This document shows positions 1 to 12,476 of a DNA stretch of 32,000 nt, in pieces. Each line of letters starts with the position of its first letter. The stretch's first letter is position 1. The position numbers and the translations under genes were made by a program. Origin of the DNA: Mycobacterium leprae TN (lineage in GTDB: Bacteria; Actinomycetota; Actinomycetes; Mycobacteriales; Mycobacteriaceae); NCBI RefSeq assembly GCF_000195855.1, contig NC_002677.1, positions 1 through 32,000 of the forward strand, written 5' to 3'. The notes beneath the pieces are model-generated. The model saw nothing but the letters and a program-made list of their open reading frames with translations. It ran no database searches and was not told the origin of the DNA.

Positions 1-57
1 ATGTTTGTACCGCACGCCAAAAAGCCCGAAATTTACGAGAACCAGAGAGATACGTCG

Positions 58-1566
58 TTGGCCGATGACCTTAGTCTAGGTTTCACCACGGTTTGGAACG
101 CAGTCGTCTCCGAACTCAACGGCGAATCCAACACAGACGACGAAGCCACCAACGACAGCACCCTAGTCACTCCGCTAACTCCTCAGCAAAGAGCATGGCT
201 AAATCTGGTTCAACCACTCACCATCATCGAGGGATTTGCTCTTTTATCGGTGCCCAGCAGCTTTGTCCAAAATGAAATTGAACGTCATCTACGAACGCCA
301 ATCACCGATGCACTCAGCCGTCGACTCGGACAACAGATACAGCTCGGAGTCCGTATCGCACCGCCCTCTACCGACCATATTGACGACAATTCCTCGTCAG
401 CCGACGTCCTTCTAACCGACGATTGCGGCACAGATACAGACGAAAATTACGGGGAGCCTCTTACAGGCGAGTACCAGGGTTTGCCAACCTACTTCACCGA
501 ACGTCCGCACCATACCGAATCAACCGTCACGGGAGGTACCAGCCTTAATCGCCGTTACACCTTCGAAACGTTCGTTATTGGCGCGTCGAATCGGTTCGCG
601 CATGCTGCCGCGCTAGCGATAGCCGAAGCACCGGCCCGAGCCTACAACCCCCTTTTCATTTGGGGCGAGTCAGGTCTTGGCAAAACCCACCTATTGCACG
701 CCGCCGGGAACTACGCACAACGACTGTTTCCCGGCATGCGGGTCAAATATGTCTCCACAGAAGAATTCACCAACGACTTCATCAACTCGCTCCGTGACGA
801 CCGCAAAGTAGCGTTCAAACGCAGCTACCGCGACGTCGATGTGCTACTGGTCGATGACATCCAATTCATCGAAGGAAAAGAAGGTATACAAGAAGAGTTC
901 TTCCATACCTTTAATACCTTACATAACGCCAACAAGCAAATCGTCATCTCTTCTGACCGCCCACCGAAACAACTCGCCACCCTCGAAGACCGACTAAGGA
1001 CCCGGTTCGAGTGGGGGCTTATTACCGACGTACAACCCCCTGAACTAGAAACCCGCATCGCCATCTTGCGTAAGAAAGCCCAGATGGAACGCCTAGCGGT
1101 GCCTGGCGATGTCCTCGAACTCATCGCCAGCAGTATCGAACGTAACATCCGTGAACTCGAGGGAGCTCTCATCAGAGTCACCGCGTTTGCTTCGCTCAAC
1201 AAGACTGCAATCGACAAAGCATTAGCGGAAATCGTACTGCGTGACCTGATCGCAGACGCCAGCACGATGCAAATCAGTGCGGCAACCATAATGACAGCCA
1301 CCGCCGAATACTTCGATACCACCATCGAAGAACTCCGTGGGCCAGGCAAAACCCGAGCACTGGCCCAGTCACGCCAGATCGCGATGTATTTGTGTCGTGA
1401 ACTCACCGACCTCTCGCTACCCAAGATCGGCCAAGCATTCGGCCGTGACCACACCACGGTTATGTACGCACAACGAAAAATCTTGTCCGAGATGGCTGAA
1501 CGTCGCGAAGTGTTCGACCACGTCAAGGAACTCACCACTCGCATCCGGCAACGGTCTAAGCGCTGA
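58..1566 (+). CDS. dnaA: Chromosomal replication initiator protein DnaA (502 aa from TTG start)
   Basis: AAA+ Walker [14 protein letters not shown], Walker [13 protein letters not shown]-terminal DnaA signature [14 protein letters not shown]. The ORF is open from position 1, but homology to mycobacterial DnaA begins at TTG 58 ([17 protein letters not shown]). Confidence 0.96.
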   Translation: MADDLSLGFTTVWNAVVSELNGESNTDDEATNDSTLVTPLTPQQRAWLNLVQPLTIIEGFALLSVPSSFVQNEIERHLRTPITDALSRRLGQQIQLGVRIAPPSTDHIDDNSSSADVLLTDDCGTDTDENYGEPLTGEYQGLPTYFTERPHHTESTVTGGTSLNRRYTFETFVIGASNRFAHAAALAIAEAPARAYNPLFIWGESGLGKTHLLHAAGNYAQRLFPGMRVKYVSTEEFTNDFINSLRDDRKVAFKRSYRDVDVLLVDDIQFIEGKEGIQEEFFHTFNTLHNANKQIVISSDRPPKQLATLEDRLRTRFEWGLITDVQPPELETRIAILRKKAQMERLAVPGDVLELIASSIERNIRELEGALIRVTAFASLNKTAIDKALAEIVLRDLIADASTMQISAATIMTATAEYFDTTIEELRGPGKTRALAQSRQIAMYLCRELTDLSLPKIGQAFGRDHTTVMYAQRKILSEMAERREVFDHVKELTTRIRQRSKR

Positions 1567-2080
1567 CTTTCGATGCGCAACACATACTTTCTCCAGAAAA
1601 ACTTCTTGCACTTAAGTCACATCAGTCACATTTCCAAAGTGTGTATATTTCTGTGGACAAACTAAGTATACTGACATGCAACAATCCTTGATTTCATGCA
1701 CACCCATAGTCGATCCACAACGGCGAATCGCAGATTCTTTATTATCAACACTGACATCCACACCTCAACAGCTCATCTAGCTCAACAAAATCCGGTTATC
1801 CACAAGATCCACACCCTTTAATACTGATACTAAGATTTCTTCGTGTTCTTATTTAAAAAATGATGCTGGGGATACAGCATGCCACGATGTGACGGCAACC
1901 TCAGCCGTCACCGTTGACGCTACTTTCAAGGTGGCACTCGAAGATCTACGTTTGCTCTTCGACTACTGTTAGGGACGTCGTGGTGCACTATGTGTCACCG
2001 ACGTTCGTTACAGTGGGCTCACGCTAGCGGGGGCGGAGGCTAGCCGTTGGATTTCAACGATTTTTAGGTGAAGGGGCGCC
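1567..2080. promoter_or_regulatory. Probable oriC region between dnaA and dnaN
   Basis: dnaA-dnaN intergenic region, AT-rich in its first part, with DnaA-box-like 9-mers: TGTGGACAA at 1652-1660, TTATCAACA at 1742-1750, perfect TTATCCACA at 1796-1804. Confidence 0.8.
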
Positions 2081-3280
2081 ATGGACCTGGCCAAAACCAA
2101 TGTTGGTTGCAGCGATTTAAAATTTTGTTTAGCACGTGAGTCGTTCGCCAGCGCGGTGTCATGGGTAGCGAAGTATCTCCCCACTAGACCAACGGTACCG
2201 GTGCTATCCGGCGTGCTGCTGACCGGTTCAGATAGCGGCCTAACGATCTCCGGATTCGATTACGAAGTTTCCGCAGAGGTGCAGGTTGCTGCCGAGATAG
2301 CTTCTTCTGGAAGCGTTTTGGTATCTGGGAGGTTGTTGTCAGATATTACTCGGGCGCTTCCGAACAAACCTGTTCACTTTTATGTGGACGGTAATCGGGT
2401 TGCATTGACTTGCGGAAGTGCGAGGTTCTCGTTGCCGACGATGGCGGTTGAAGACTACCCTACACTGCCTACTTTGCCGGATGAAACTGGCACGTTGCCA
2501 TCGGATGTGTTCGCTGAGGCGATAGGTCAGGTTGCTATTGCGGCCGGTCGTGACTATACCTTGCCCATGCTTACCGGGATCCGGATCGAGATCTCGGGTG
2601 ACACGGTAGTCTTGGCCGCCACCGATAGGTTCCGTTTGGCGGTCCGCGAGTTAAAATGGTCGGTGTTGTCATCGGATTTCGAGGCATCGGTGCTGGTGCC
2701 GGCCAAAACTTTGGTGGAAGTTGCTAAAGCCGGTACCGACGGCTCTGGTGTTTGTCTGTCATTGGGCGCTGGAGTCGGCGTTGGAAAAGATGGGCTTTTC
2801 GGCATTAGCGGTGGCGGGAAGCGCAGTACTACTCGACTTCTTGACGCTGAGTTTCCGAAATTCAGGCAGTTATTGCCGGCTGAGCACACCGCAGTGGCCA
2901 CCATCGACGTGGCTGAGTTGACCGAGGCGATCAAACTGGTGGCGTTGGTAGCTGACCGTGGCGCGCAAGTGCGCATGGAATTCGGTGACGGTATATTACG
3001 GCTTTCCGCCGGCGCCGATGATGTGGGCCGAGCCGAAGAAGATCTTGCTGTTGCTTTTACTGGTGAACCGTTGACTATAGCGTTTAACCCGAATTATCTG
3101 ACTGATGGACTTGCATCGGTGCATTCAGAGCGGGTGTCATTTGGTTTCACGACACCGAGTAAGCCAGCATTGCTGCGTCCAACGTCTAATGATGATGTCC
3201 ATCCGACGCATGATGGCCCCTTTCCCGCACTGCCAACTGACTATGTGTATTTACTGATGCCAGTTCGGTTGCCTGGATAA
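2081..3280 (+). CDS. dnaN: DNA polymerase III beta sliding clamp (399 aa)
   Basis: Position between dnaA and recF. Sequence typical of actinobacterial beta clamp ([32 protein letters not shown]-like, C-terminal [11 protein letters not shown]). Confidence 0.96.
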   Translation: MDLAKTNVGCSDLKFCLARESFASAVSWVAKYLPTRPTVPVLSGVLLTGSDSGLTISGFDYEVSAEVQVAAEIASSGSVLVSGRLLSDITRALPNKPVHFYVDGNRVALTCGSARFSLPTMAVEDYPTLPTLPDETGTLPSDVFAEAIGQVAIAAGRDYTLPMLTGIRIEISGDTVVLAATDRFRLAVRELKWSVLSSDFEASVLVPAKTLVEVAKAGTDGSGVCLSLGAGVGVGKDGLFGISGGGKRSTTRLLDAEFPKFRQLLPAEHTAVATIDVAELTEAIKLVALVADRGAQVRMEFGDGILRLSAGADDVGRAEEDLAVAFTGEPLTIAFNPNYLTDGLASVHSERVSFGFTTPSKPALLRPTSNDDVHPTHDGPFPALPTDYVYLLMPVRLPG

Positions 3281-4438
3281 GTGTACGTCCGGCATTTTGG
3301 ACTGCGTGACTTTCGGTCCTGGGACCACGTTGACCTTGAGTTAAATCCAGGACGGACAGTGTTTTTCGGTCCCAATGGTAACGGTAAAACAAATCTGATT
3401 GAGGCACTATGGTATTCCACCACTTTAAGTTCGCATCGGGTGGGGACCGATATACCGTTAATCAGAGCGGGAACAATCCGAGCTATAGTTTCAACGATCG
3501 TGGTCAATGAAGGTAGGGAATGTGCGATTGATTTGGAGATTGCTGCGGGGCGGGCAAACAGGGCGCGATTGAATCGTTCACTTGTGCGCGGTATGCGTGA
3601 GGTAGTTGGGGTATTGCGAGCGGTGCTGTTTGCCCCCGAAGATTTAGCGTTAGTTTGCGGAGATCCTGCCAATCGGCGTCGTTACTTGGATGATTTGGCG
3701 ACTGTGCGTCAGCCGGTGATTGCTGCCGTGCGCGCAGACTACGACAAGGTGCTGCGGCAACGCACTGCATTACTGAAGTCTTTAGCAGCTGCGCGGTATC
3801 GAAGTGACCAAGGTGTACTGGACACACTTGATGTATGGGATACTCGATTGGCTGAACATGGCGCCGAATTGATGGCTGCGCGTATCGATTTGGTAAATCA
3901 GTTGGCGCCAGAAGTGGAAAAGGCGTATCAGTTGTTGGCACCGGGATCGCGCACTGCGTCGATCAGCTATCGTGCCAGTTTAGATATTGGAGGCATCGCA
4001 GGTGTTGGGAGCAGTGACCGTGCCTTACTGCAAGCCGATCTGTTAGCTGGATTGTCGACGCGTCGGAACGTTGAGTTGGAACGCGGCATATGCTTAGTCG
4101 GTCCGCATCGCGATGAACTCGAGTTGCGACTTGGCGACCAACCTGCGAAAGGCTTTGCCAGCCATGGGGAATCATGGTCGCTGGCGATAGCGTTGCGGTT
4201 GGCTGCCTATGAGTTGTTGCGTGCCGACGGTAACGAACCAGTATTGTTGCTTGACGACGTATTTGCCGAACTCGATGCTGCCCGTTGTAGAGCATTGGCG
4301 ACAGTGGCGGAATCAGCAGAGCAGGTATTGGTAACCTCTGCGGCGCAGGAGGATATTCCGGTGGGTTGGGATGCTAAGTGGGTGACTGTCGATTTGCGTG
4401 ACAGTGATTCGGGACGGGTATCGGTGGTGTATCCGTGA
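3281..4438 (+). CDS. recF: DNA replication and repair protein RecF (385 aa, GTG start)
   Basis: Walker [17 protein letters not shown]; signature and Walker B region [13 protein letters not shown]; begins directly after the dnaN stop. Confidence 0.96.
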   Translation: MYVRHFGLRDFRSWDHVDLELNPGRTVFFGPNGNGKTNLIEALWYSTTLSSHRVGTDIPLIRAGTIRAIVSTIVVNEGRECAIDLEIAAGRANRARLNRSLVRGMREVVGVLRAVLFAPEDLALVCGDPANRRRYLDDLATVRQPVIAAVRADYDKVLRQRTALLKSLAAARYRSDQGVLDTLDVWDTRLAEHGAELMAARIDLVNQLAPEVEKAYQLLAPGSRTASISYRASLDIGGIAGVGSSDRALLQADLLAGLSTRRNVELERGICLVGPHRDELELRLGDQPAKGFASHGESWSLAIALRLAAYELLRADGNEPVLLLDDVFAELDAARCRALATVAESAEQVLVTSAAQEDIPVGWDAKWVTVDLRDSDSGRVSVVYP

Positions 4439-5004
4439 TTGAATCCAATGAGTCATATAGCTACGGTGGCGATACCATCGAACCACTAGGCACGTTATCG
4501 GGCTTCGATTTGGTTAGGCGCGCTCTTGAAGAAGCCCGTGCTGCAGCCTGTGCGCAGGGAAAAGATGCTGGTCGTGGACATGTGGTACCCCCAGTTCCGT
4601 TTCGTGTTACGGATCGACGTCGTAACTGGTCGGGTCCAGGGCCTGATGTCCGTGATCCGCAACCTCTCGGCAAGGTGGCACATGATCTGGCGAAAAAGCG
4701 CGGTTGGTCGGCGCAAGTTGCCGAGGGTAGGGTGTTTGGTCAATGGGCGTCGATGGTGGGCGGACAAATTGCCGACCATGCATTCCCTGTTGGACTCAAC
4801 AATGGTGTACTCAGCGTGACTGCCGAATCGACTGCTTGGGCTACCCAGCTGCGTATAATGCAGGCACAGTTGCTGGCCAAGATTGCTGCGGCCGTTGGTA
4901 ATGGTGTGGTGACTTCACTGAAAATTACAGGCCCGACCGCGCCATCATGGCGAAAGGGGCCGTGGCACATTGCTGGCAGAGGGCCACGCGACACCTACGG
5001 CTAG
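4435..5004 (+). CDS. DUF721 / DciA-like conserved protein (Rv0004 homologue)
   Basis: 189-aa ORF, 4-bp overlap with recF (GTGA). C-terminal [43 protein letters not shown] is typical of DUF721. Syntenic between recF and gyrB. Confidence 0.88.
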   Translation: MIESNESYSYGGDTIEPLGTLSGFDLVRRALEEARAAACAQGKDAGRGHVVPPVPFRVTDRRRNWSGPGPDVRDPQPLGKVAHDLAKKRGWSAQVAEGRVFGQWASMVGGQIADHAFPVGLNNGVLSVTAESTAWATQLRIMQAQLLAKIAAAVGNGVVTSLKITGPTAPSWRKGPWHIAGRGPRDTYG

Positions 5005-5132
5005 CCGACACGCCGGTTCAGAGTTGTCAAGATGAAATGGACTTGTATCGTTAATACGAGGAGAAGGGGATGCTCCGTAAATAGAAATATCGCCTTTATG
5101 ACGTGATCAGGTAAGTAGAAACAGCCTTATAA

Positions 5133-7265
<2,133 letters not shown>

Positions 7266-7317
7266 TTAAATAAAACATTTTTCGACGTGCGATGCAAATG
7301 ATGCAAATGAGGAATAA

Positions 7318-10300
7318 ATGACTGATATCACGCTGCCACCAGGTGACGGTTCTATACAGCGGGTTGAGCCGGTCGACATTCAGCAGGAAATGCAGCGCAG
7401 CTATATTGATTACGCGATGAGTGTGATTGTGGGCCGGGCGTTGCCTGAAGTCCGCGATGGTCTCAAACCGGTACATCGTCGGGTCTTGTACGCGATGTTA
7501 GACTCCGGTTTCCGCCCGGACCGTAGCCACGCTAAGTCAGCACGGTCAGTCGCTGAGACGATGGGCAATTACCATCCGCACGGCGACGCATCGATTTATG
7601 ACACGTTAGTGCGCATGGCGCAGCCGTGGTCGCTGCGGTATCCCTTGGTTGATGGGCAAGGCAATTTCGGTTCGCCGGGTAATGACCCACCGGCAGCGAT
7701 GCGTTATTGTGTGTCAGGAAATTCCTTGGTGAGGTTGCTATTTGGGAAATCAATACGAATCGGTGATATCGTTACTGGAGCTCAGTTCAATTCGGACAAT
7801 CCGATCGACTTGAAGGTTCTTGATCGGCATGGTAATCCGGTTGTAGCCGATTATTTATTCCATTCAGGAGAGCACCAAACCTATACAGTGCGCACCACTG
7901 AAGGCTATGAGATCACCGGGACGTCGAACCATCCCTTGTTGTGTTTAGTGAATGTCGGCGGTATACCCACCTTGTTGTGGAAGCTGATTGGAGAAATTCG
8001 ATCAGGAGACTACGTTGTTTTACAGCGGATCCCACCAGTGGAATTTGGTCCGGCGGACTGGTATTCTACGATGGAAGCATTGTTATTCGGAGCCTTTATT
8101 AGTGGGGGCTTCGTTTTTCAGGACCATGCTGGATTTAACAGCCTTGACCGTGACTATTTCACCATGGTTGTTAATGCTTATGATACGGTTGTGGGTGGCC
8201 TGCGTTGCATATCTTCTCGAATCACCGTATCGGGGTCGACGCTACTCGAACTTGATGTTTATAACCTCATCGAGTTTAAGAAGACAAGACTTAGCGGTTT
8301 ATGCGGGCAACGGTCTGCGGACAAGTTGGTACCTGACTGGTTGTGGCACTCACCTTCCACCGTCAAACGAGCATTCCTTCAGGCATTGTTTGAAGGTGAA
8401 GGATTTTCTTCGATATTGTCGCGAAATATAATTGAGATTTCCTACTCGACACTTAGTGAGCGACTGGCCGCCGACGTCCAGCAGATGCTGCTTGAATTCG
8501 GAGTCGTGTCTGAGCGCTATTGCCATACTGTCAATGAGTACAAGGTTGTCATAGCTAACCGCGCTCAAGTAGAAATGTTTTTCACCCAAGTCGGTTTCGG
8601 TGTTACTAAACAAGCTAAGCTTATCCGGGACGTGGTATCTATGTCTCCATGCGTTGGCATGGATATCAACTGCGTACCAGGTTTGGCCACTTTCATTCGT
8701 AAGCATTGTGATAACCGCTGGGTCGAGGAAGACTCATTTAATCAGCATAATGTTGATTGCGTCCAACATTGGCACCATCATAGCGCGGAAATCGTCGGCC
8801 ACATCGCCGATCCCGATATTCGTGCCATCGTGACTGACCTTACTGATGGCCGGTTCTACTACGCGCGCGTCGCGTCCGTGACTGATACCGGTATTCAACC
8901 TGTGTTCAGTCTACATGTGGACACCGAGGATCATTCGTTTTTGACTAATGGATTCATCAGCCATAACACCGAGGCTCGGCTTACTCCATTGGCGATGGAA
9001 ATGTTGCGCGAGATCGACGAGGAGACAGTTGATTTCATATCTAACTACGATGGCCGGGTGCAGGAACCGATGGTGTTGCCTAGCCGTTTTCCCAACCTGT
9101 TGGCTAATGGTTCTGGCGGTATCGCGGTCGGCATGGCTACCAATATCCCGCCGCACAACCTGTATGAGCTCGCCGACGCTGTGTTTTGGTGCCTAGAGAA
9201 CCATGACGCTGACGAAGAGACGATGCTGGTCGCTGTTATGGAACGGGTCAAAGGTCCTGATTTCCCTACCGCCGGGTTGATTGTCGGTTCGCAAGGCATT
9301 GCCGATGCTTACAAGACTGGCCGTGGTTCCATTCGGATACGCGGAGTTGTTGAGGTTGAAGAAGATTCACGCGGAAGGACGTCATTGGTCATCACTGAGC
9401 TACCGTATCAGGTCAACCACGACAACTTCATCACTTCTATCGCTGAGCAAGTCCGCACTGGCCGGCTAGCCGGCATCTCCAATGTAGAAGACCAAGGCAG
9501 CGACCGGGTTGGTGTACGTATCGTCATCGAGATCAAGCGTGACGCGGTGGCCAAAGTGGTGCTCAATAACCTGTACAAGCATACTCAGCTGCAAACTAGT
9601 TTCGGAGCCAACATGTTGTCAATCGTTGACGGCGTGCCGCGCACTTTGCGGTTGGATCAGATGATTTGTTATTATGTCGAACATCAACTGGACGTCATTG
9701 TCCGGCGCACTACCTACCGATTGCGTAAAGCCAACGAGCGGGCTCATATTTTGCGTGGATTGGTCAAAGCGCTCGATGCGTTAGATGAGGTTATTACGTT
9801 GATTCGGGCATCGCAGACCGTGGATATTGCTCGTGTTGGGGTGGTCGAGTTACTCGATATCGACGACATTCAGGCTCAAGCTATCCTGGACATGCAGCTG
9901 CGGCGTTTGGCGGCTTTGGAGCGTCAACGCATTATTGATGATCTCGCTAAGATTGAGGTCGAGATCGCTGATCTGGGAGATATTCTGGCTAAGCCGGAGC
10001 GTCGGCGTGGTATCATTCGTAATGAACTGACTGAGATCGCAGAGAAGTACGGTGATGACCGTCGTACTCGGATAATAGCGGTTGATGGTGATGTCAACGA
10101 CGAGGATTTGATTGCTCGTGAAGAGGTCGTTGTCACGATAACTGAAACTGGATATGCTAAACGTACTAAAACTGACCTGTATCGCAGCCAGAAACGCGGC
10201 GGGAAAGGTGTTCAAGGCGCCGGTTTGAAGCAGGACGACATCGTCCGGCATTTCTTCGTGTGTTCAACTCACGATTGGATCCTGTTTTTCACCACCCAAG

Positions 10301-11067
10301 GCCGCGTATACCGGGCCAAGGCCTATGAATTGCCAGAGGCTTCTCGAACGGCACGCGGGCAACACGTGGCCAATTTGCTTGCATTCCAGCCTGAAGAGCG
10401 CATCGCTCAGGTAATTCAGATCCGTAGCTATGAAGACGCTCCATACTTGGTCCTTGCCACGCGCGCCGGTCTGGTTAAGAAGTCAAAGTTGACCGATTTT
10501 GACTCTAATCGTTCGGGTGGGATCGTGGCAATTAATTTACGTGACAACGATGAGTTGGTCGGTGCAGTGTTGTGCGCGGCCGACGGCGACTTGCTTCTGG
10601 TATCGGCTAACGGCCAGTCTATCCGGTTCTCAGCGACTGACGAGGCCTTGCGTCCGATGGGGCGGGCTACCTCTGGTGTGCAGGGCATGCGGTTTAACGC
10701 CGATGATCGACTGTTGTCGTTGAATGTGGTTCGCGAAGATACTTACCTGCTTGTCGCAACGTCTGGGGGTTACGCTAAACGCACCTCGATTGAGGAGTAC
10801 CCGATGCAGGGCCGTGGCGGAAAGGGTGTTCTAACGGTCATGTACGATCGTCGGCGCGGTAGCTTGGTTGGGGCCATCGTGGTTGATGAAGACAGCGAGT
10901 TGTACGCGATCACCTCAGGGGGTGGGGTAATTCGTACAACGGCACGCCAGGTTCGCCAGGCAGGACGCCAGACCAAGGGTGTTCGGTTGATGAACTTAGG
11001 TGAGGGCGACACGCTGTTAGCCATCGCACGTAATGCCGAAGAAAGCGCCGACGGCGGTGTCGGTTAA
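7318..11067 (+). CDS. gyrA: DNA gyrase subunit A, precursor containing an intein (1249 aa; 829-aa mature extein product)
   Basis: YIDYAMSVIVGRALPEVRDGLKPVHRRVLYAM, QRDR GNYHPHGDASIYD and GyrA C-terminal beta-propeller motif QKRGGKGVQGAG. A single frame continues through the intein. Confidence 0.97.
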   Translation: MTDITLPPGDGSIQRVEPVDIQQEMQRSYIDYAMSVIVGRALPEVRDGLKPVHRRVLYAMLDSGFRPDRSHAKSARSVAETMGNYHPHGDASIYDTLVRMAQPWSLRYPLVDGQGNFGSPGNDPPAAMRYCVSGNSLVRLLFGKSIRIGDIVTGAQFNSDNPIDLKVLDRHGNPVVADYLFHSGEHQTYTVRTTEGYEITGTSNHPLLCLVNVGGIPTLLWKLIGEIRSGDYVVLQRIPPVEFGPADWYSTMEALLFGAFISGGFVFQDHAGFNSLDRDYFTMVVNAYDTVVGGLRCISSRITVSGSTLLELDVYNLIEFKKTRLSGLCGQRSADKLVPDWLWHSPSTVKRAFLQALFEGEGFSSILSRNIIEISYSTLSERLAADVQQMLLEFGVVSERYCHTVNEYKVVIANRAQVEMFFTQVGFGVTKQAKLIRDVVSMSPCVGMDINCVPGLATFIRKHCDNRWVEEDSFNQHNVDCVQHWHHHSAEIVGHIADPDIRAIVTDLTDGRFYYARVASVTDTGIQPVFSLHVDTEDHSFLTNGFISHNTEARLTPLAMEMLREIDEETVDFISNYDGRVQEPMVLPSRFPNLLANGSGGIAVGMATNIPPHNLYELADAVFWCLENHDADEETMLVAVMERVKGPDFPTAGLIVGSQGIADAYKTGRGSIRIRGVVEVEEDSRGRTSLVITELPYQVNHDNFITSIAEQVRTGRLAGISNVEDQGSDRVGVRIVIEIKRDAVAKVVLNNLYKHTQLQTSFGANMLSIVDGVPRTLRLDQMICYYVEHQLDVIVRRTTYRLRKANERAHILRGLVKALDALDEVITLIRASQTVDIARVGVVELLDIDDIQAQAILDMQLRRLAALERQRIIDDLAKIEVEIADLGDILAKPERRRGIIRNELTEIAEKYGDDRRTRIIAVDGDVNDEDLIAREEVVVTITETGYAKRTKTDLYRSQKRGGKGVQGAGLKQDDIVRHFFVCSTHDWILFFTTQGRVYRAKAYELPEASRTARGQHVANLLAFQPEERIAQVIQIRSYEDAPYLVLATRAGLVKKSKLTDFDSNRSGGIVAINLRDNDELVGAVLCAADGDLLLVSANGQSIRFSATDEALRPMGRATSGVQGMRFNADDRLLSLNVVREDTYLLVATSGGYAKRTSIEEYPMQGRGGKGVLTVMYDRRRGSLVGAIVVDEDSELYAITSGGGVIRTTARQVRQAGRQTKGVRLMNLGEGDTLLAIARNAEESADGGVG
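7708..8967 (+). mobile_element. GyrA intein (420 aa) with degenerate LAGLIDADG homing endonuclease domain
   Basis: Starts at Cys131 after AAMRY (block A CVSGNSLVRLLFGKSIRIGD), block B GTSNHPLLCL, C-terminal block VFSLHVDTEDHSFLTNGFISHN followed by extein Thr (TEARLT). LAGLIDADG-like motifs at LLFGAFISGG and ALFEGEGF. Confidence 0.95.
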
Positions 11068-11194
11068 AGTGATGATCTCAAGGAGTCGTGTACTTAGCTT
11101 TTTTGGTTCCGATAGCAATACTTCGCCCGACCGGACATGATTGTGACTGGCTACATACTCGGGCAGATTGATACACATGTTTTAAGGAGTCGGG

Positions 11195-12106
11195 GTGACG
11201 TCACCGAACGAATCGAGGGCCTTCAACGCGGCCGACGACCTGATTGGGGATGGTTCGGTCGAGCGTGCCGGTCTACATCGCGCAACGTCTGTACCGGGAG
11301 AGTCATCGGAGGGTCTCCAAAGGGGCCACAGCCCGGAACCCAACGATTCACCGCCCTGGCAGCGTGGGTCCGCCCGAGCTTCCCAGTCCGGTTATCGCCC
11401 GTCAGATCCGCTCACCACTACACGGCAGTCGAATCCAGCACCAGGTGCAAACGTCCGGTCGAACCGCTTTATCTCCGGCATGACTGCACCGGCGCTGAGC
11501 GGACAGCTGCCCAAGAAGAATAACTCAACACAGGCATTGGAACCTGTTCTGATGTCTAACGAGGTTCCATTCACTGAATCGTACGCTAGCGAGTTACCAG
11601 ATTTGTCCGGACCAGTCCAGAGGACCGTACCGTGCAAGCCCTCGCCCGATCGTGGTTCCAGCACACCGCGGATGGGACGTCTAGAGATTACCAAAGTGCG
11701 AGGAACCGGTGAAATCCGGTCCCAAATATCGCGCCGAAGCCATGGACCGGTTCGGGCTAGCATGCAGATCCGGCGGATTGATCCATGGAGCATGTTGAAG
11801 GTGTCCCTGTTGCTCTCGGTTGCGTTGTTCTTTGTCTGGATGATCGCGGTGGCGTTCCTATACTTATTGCTCGGCGGTATGGGGGTGTGGGCAAAGCTCA
11901 ACAGTAACGTTGGTGATCTTCTAAACAACACCGGCGGAAATAGCGGAGAACTTGTCTCCAACAGCACCATCTTCGGTTGTGCCGTCTTGGTCGGCTTAGT
12001 CAACATTGTGTTGATGACTACGATGGCCGCTATCGCTGCGTTTGTCTACAATTTGTCCTCCGATTTGGTCGGCGGTGTTGAAGTCACTCTCGCAGATTTA
12101 GATTAG
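11195..12106 (+). CDS. Conserved membrane protein (Rv0007-like, DUF3566 type), 303 aa, GTG start
   Basis: Follows gyrA. Pro/Ser-rich N-terminus and two C-terminal transmembrane segments ([30 protein letters not shown]; [43 protein letters not shown]). Confidence 0.85.
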   Translation: MTSPNESRAFNAADDLIGDGSVERAGLHRATSVPGESSEGLQRGHSPEPNDSPPWQRGSARASQSGYRPSDPLTTTRQSNPAPGANVRSNRFISGMTAPALSGQLPKKNNSTQALEPVLMSNEVPFTESYASELPDLSGPVQRTVPCKPSPDRGSSTPRMGRLEITKVRGTGEIRSQISRRSHGPVRASMQIRRIDPWSMLKVSLLLSVALFFVWMIAVAFLYLLLGGMGVWAKLNSNVGDLLNNTGGNSGELVSNSTIFGCAVLVGLVNIVLMTTMAAIAAFVYNLSSDLVGGVEVTLADLD

Positions 12107-12193
12107 GTTGTGGCGATGTTGTTTGAGGGTTCGTTTTTTGGGGTGAGGTTCTAATAACTGCGGTAATCTCGTTGCTCGGTTATACGCAAGTAA

Positions 12194-12267
12194 GGGCCTA
12201 TAGCTCAGGCGGTTAGAGCACTTCGCTGATAACGAAGAGGTCGGAGGTTCGAGTCCTCCTAGGCCCA
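12194..12267 (+). tRNA. ileT: tRNA-Ile(GAT)
   Basis: GGGCCTA acceptor pairs TAGGCCC. Anticodon stem/loop TTCGCTGATAACGAA has GAT anticodon. T-arm GGAGGTTCGAGTCCTCC. Confidence 0.96.
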
Positions 12268-12403
12268 CAACTATGTGTACGTCAAGATGTTGTGTGAAAT
12301 TTGCGTTCTTGCTGGTCTCGGTCGCTGTGGTGGTAGTAGTGCAGTCACGACACGGCGTTGGAGTTTGGAACGTGGCGGCATTTGGCATACTCGATAATGA
12401 CGG

Positions 12404-12476
12404 GGGGCCTTAGCTCAGTCGGTAGAGCACTGCCTTTGCAAGGCAGATGTCAGGGGTTCGATTCCCCTAGGCTCCA
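12404..12476 (+). tRNA. alaT: tRNA-Ala(TGC)
   Basis: GGGGCCT acceptor pairs AGGCTCC. Anticodon stem/loop TGCCTTTGCAAGGCA has TGC anticodon. T-arm AGGGGTTCGATTCCCCT. Confidence 0.96.

Noticed and set aside
825-1583. 252-aa minus-strand ORF
   Set aside because: Fully antisense to dnaA, with low-complexity Ser/Arg content typical of shadow ORFs.
7988-8706. 147-aa plus ORF and 118-aa minus ORF inside the intein
   Set aside because: Overlap the continuous GyrA/intein reading frame and show no domain features, so they are not a separate homing endonuclease gene.
11392-12006. 204-aa minus-strand ORF
   Set aside because: Antisense to the Rv0007-like membrane protein gene, which has clear TM and synteny support.
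12098-12388. Minus-strand 96-aa ORF containing GLGGLEPPTSSLSAKCSNRLSYRPL
   Set aside because: This peptide is the reverse-strand translation of tRNA-Ile(GAT), a well-known spurious annotation.
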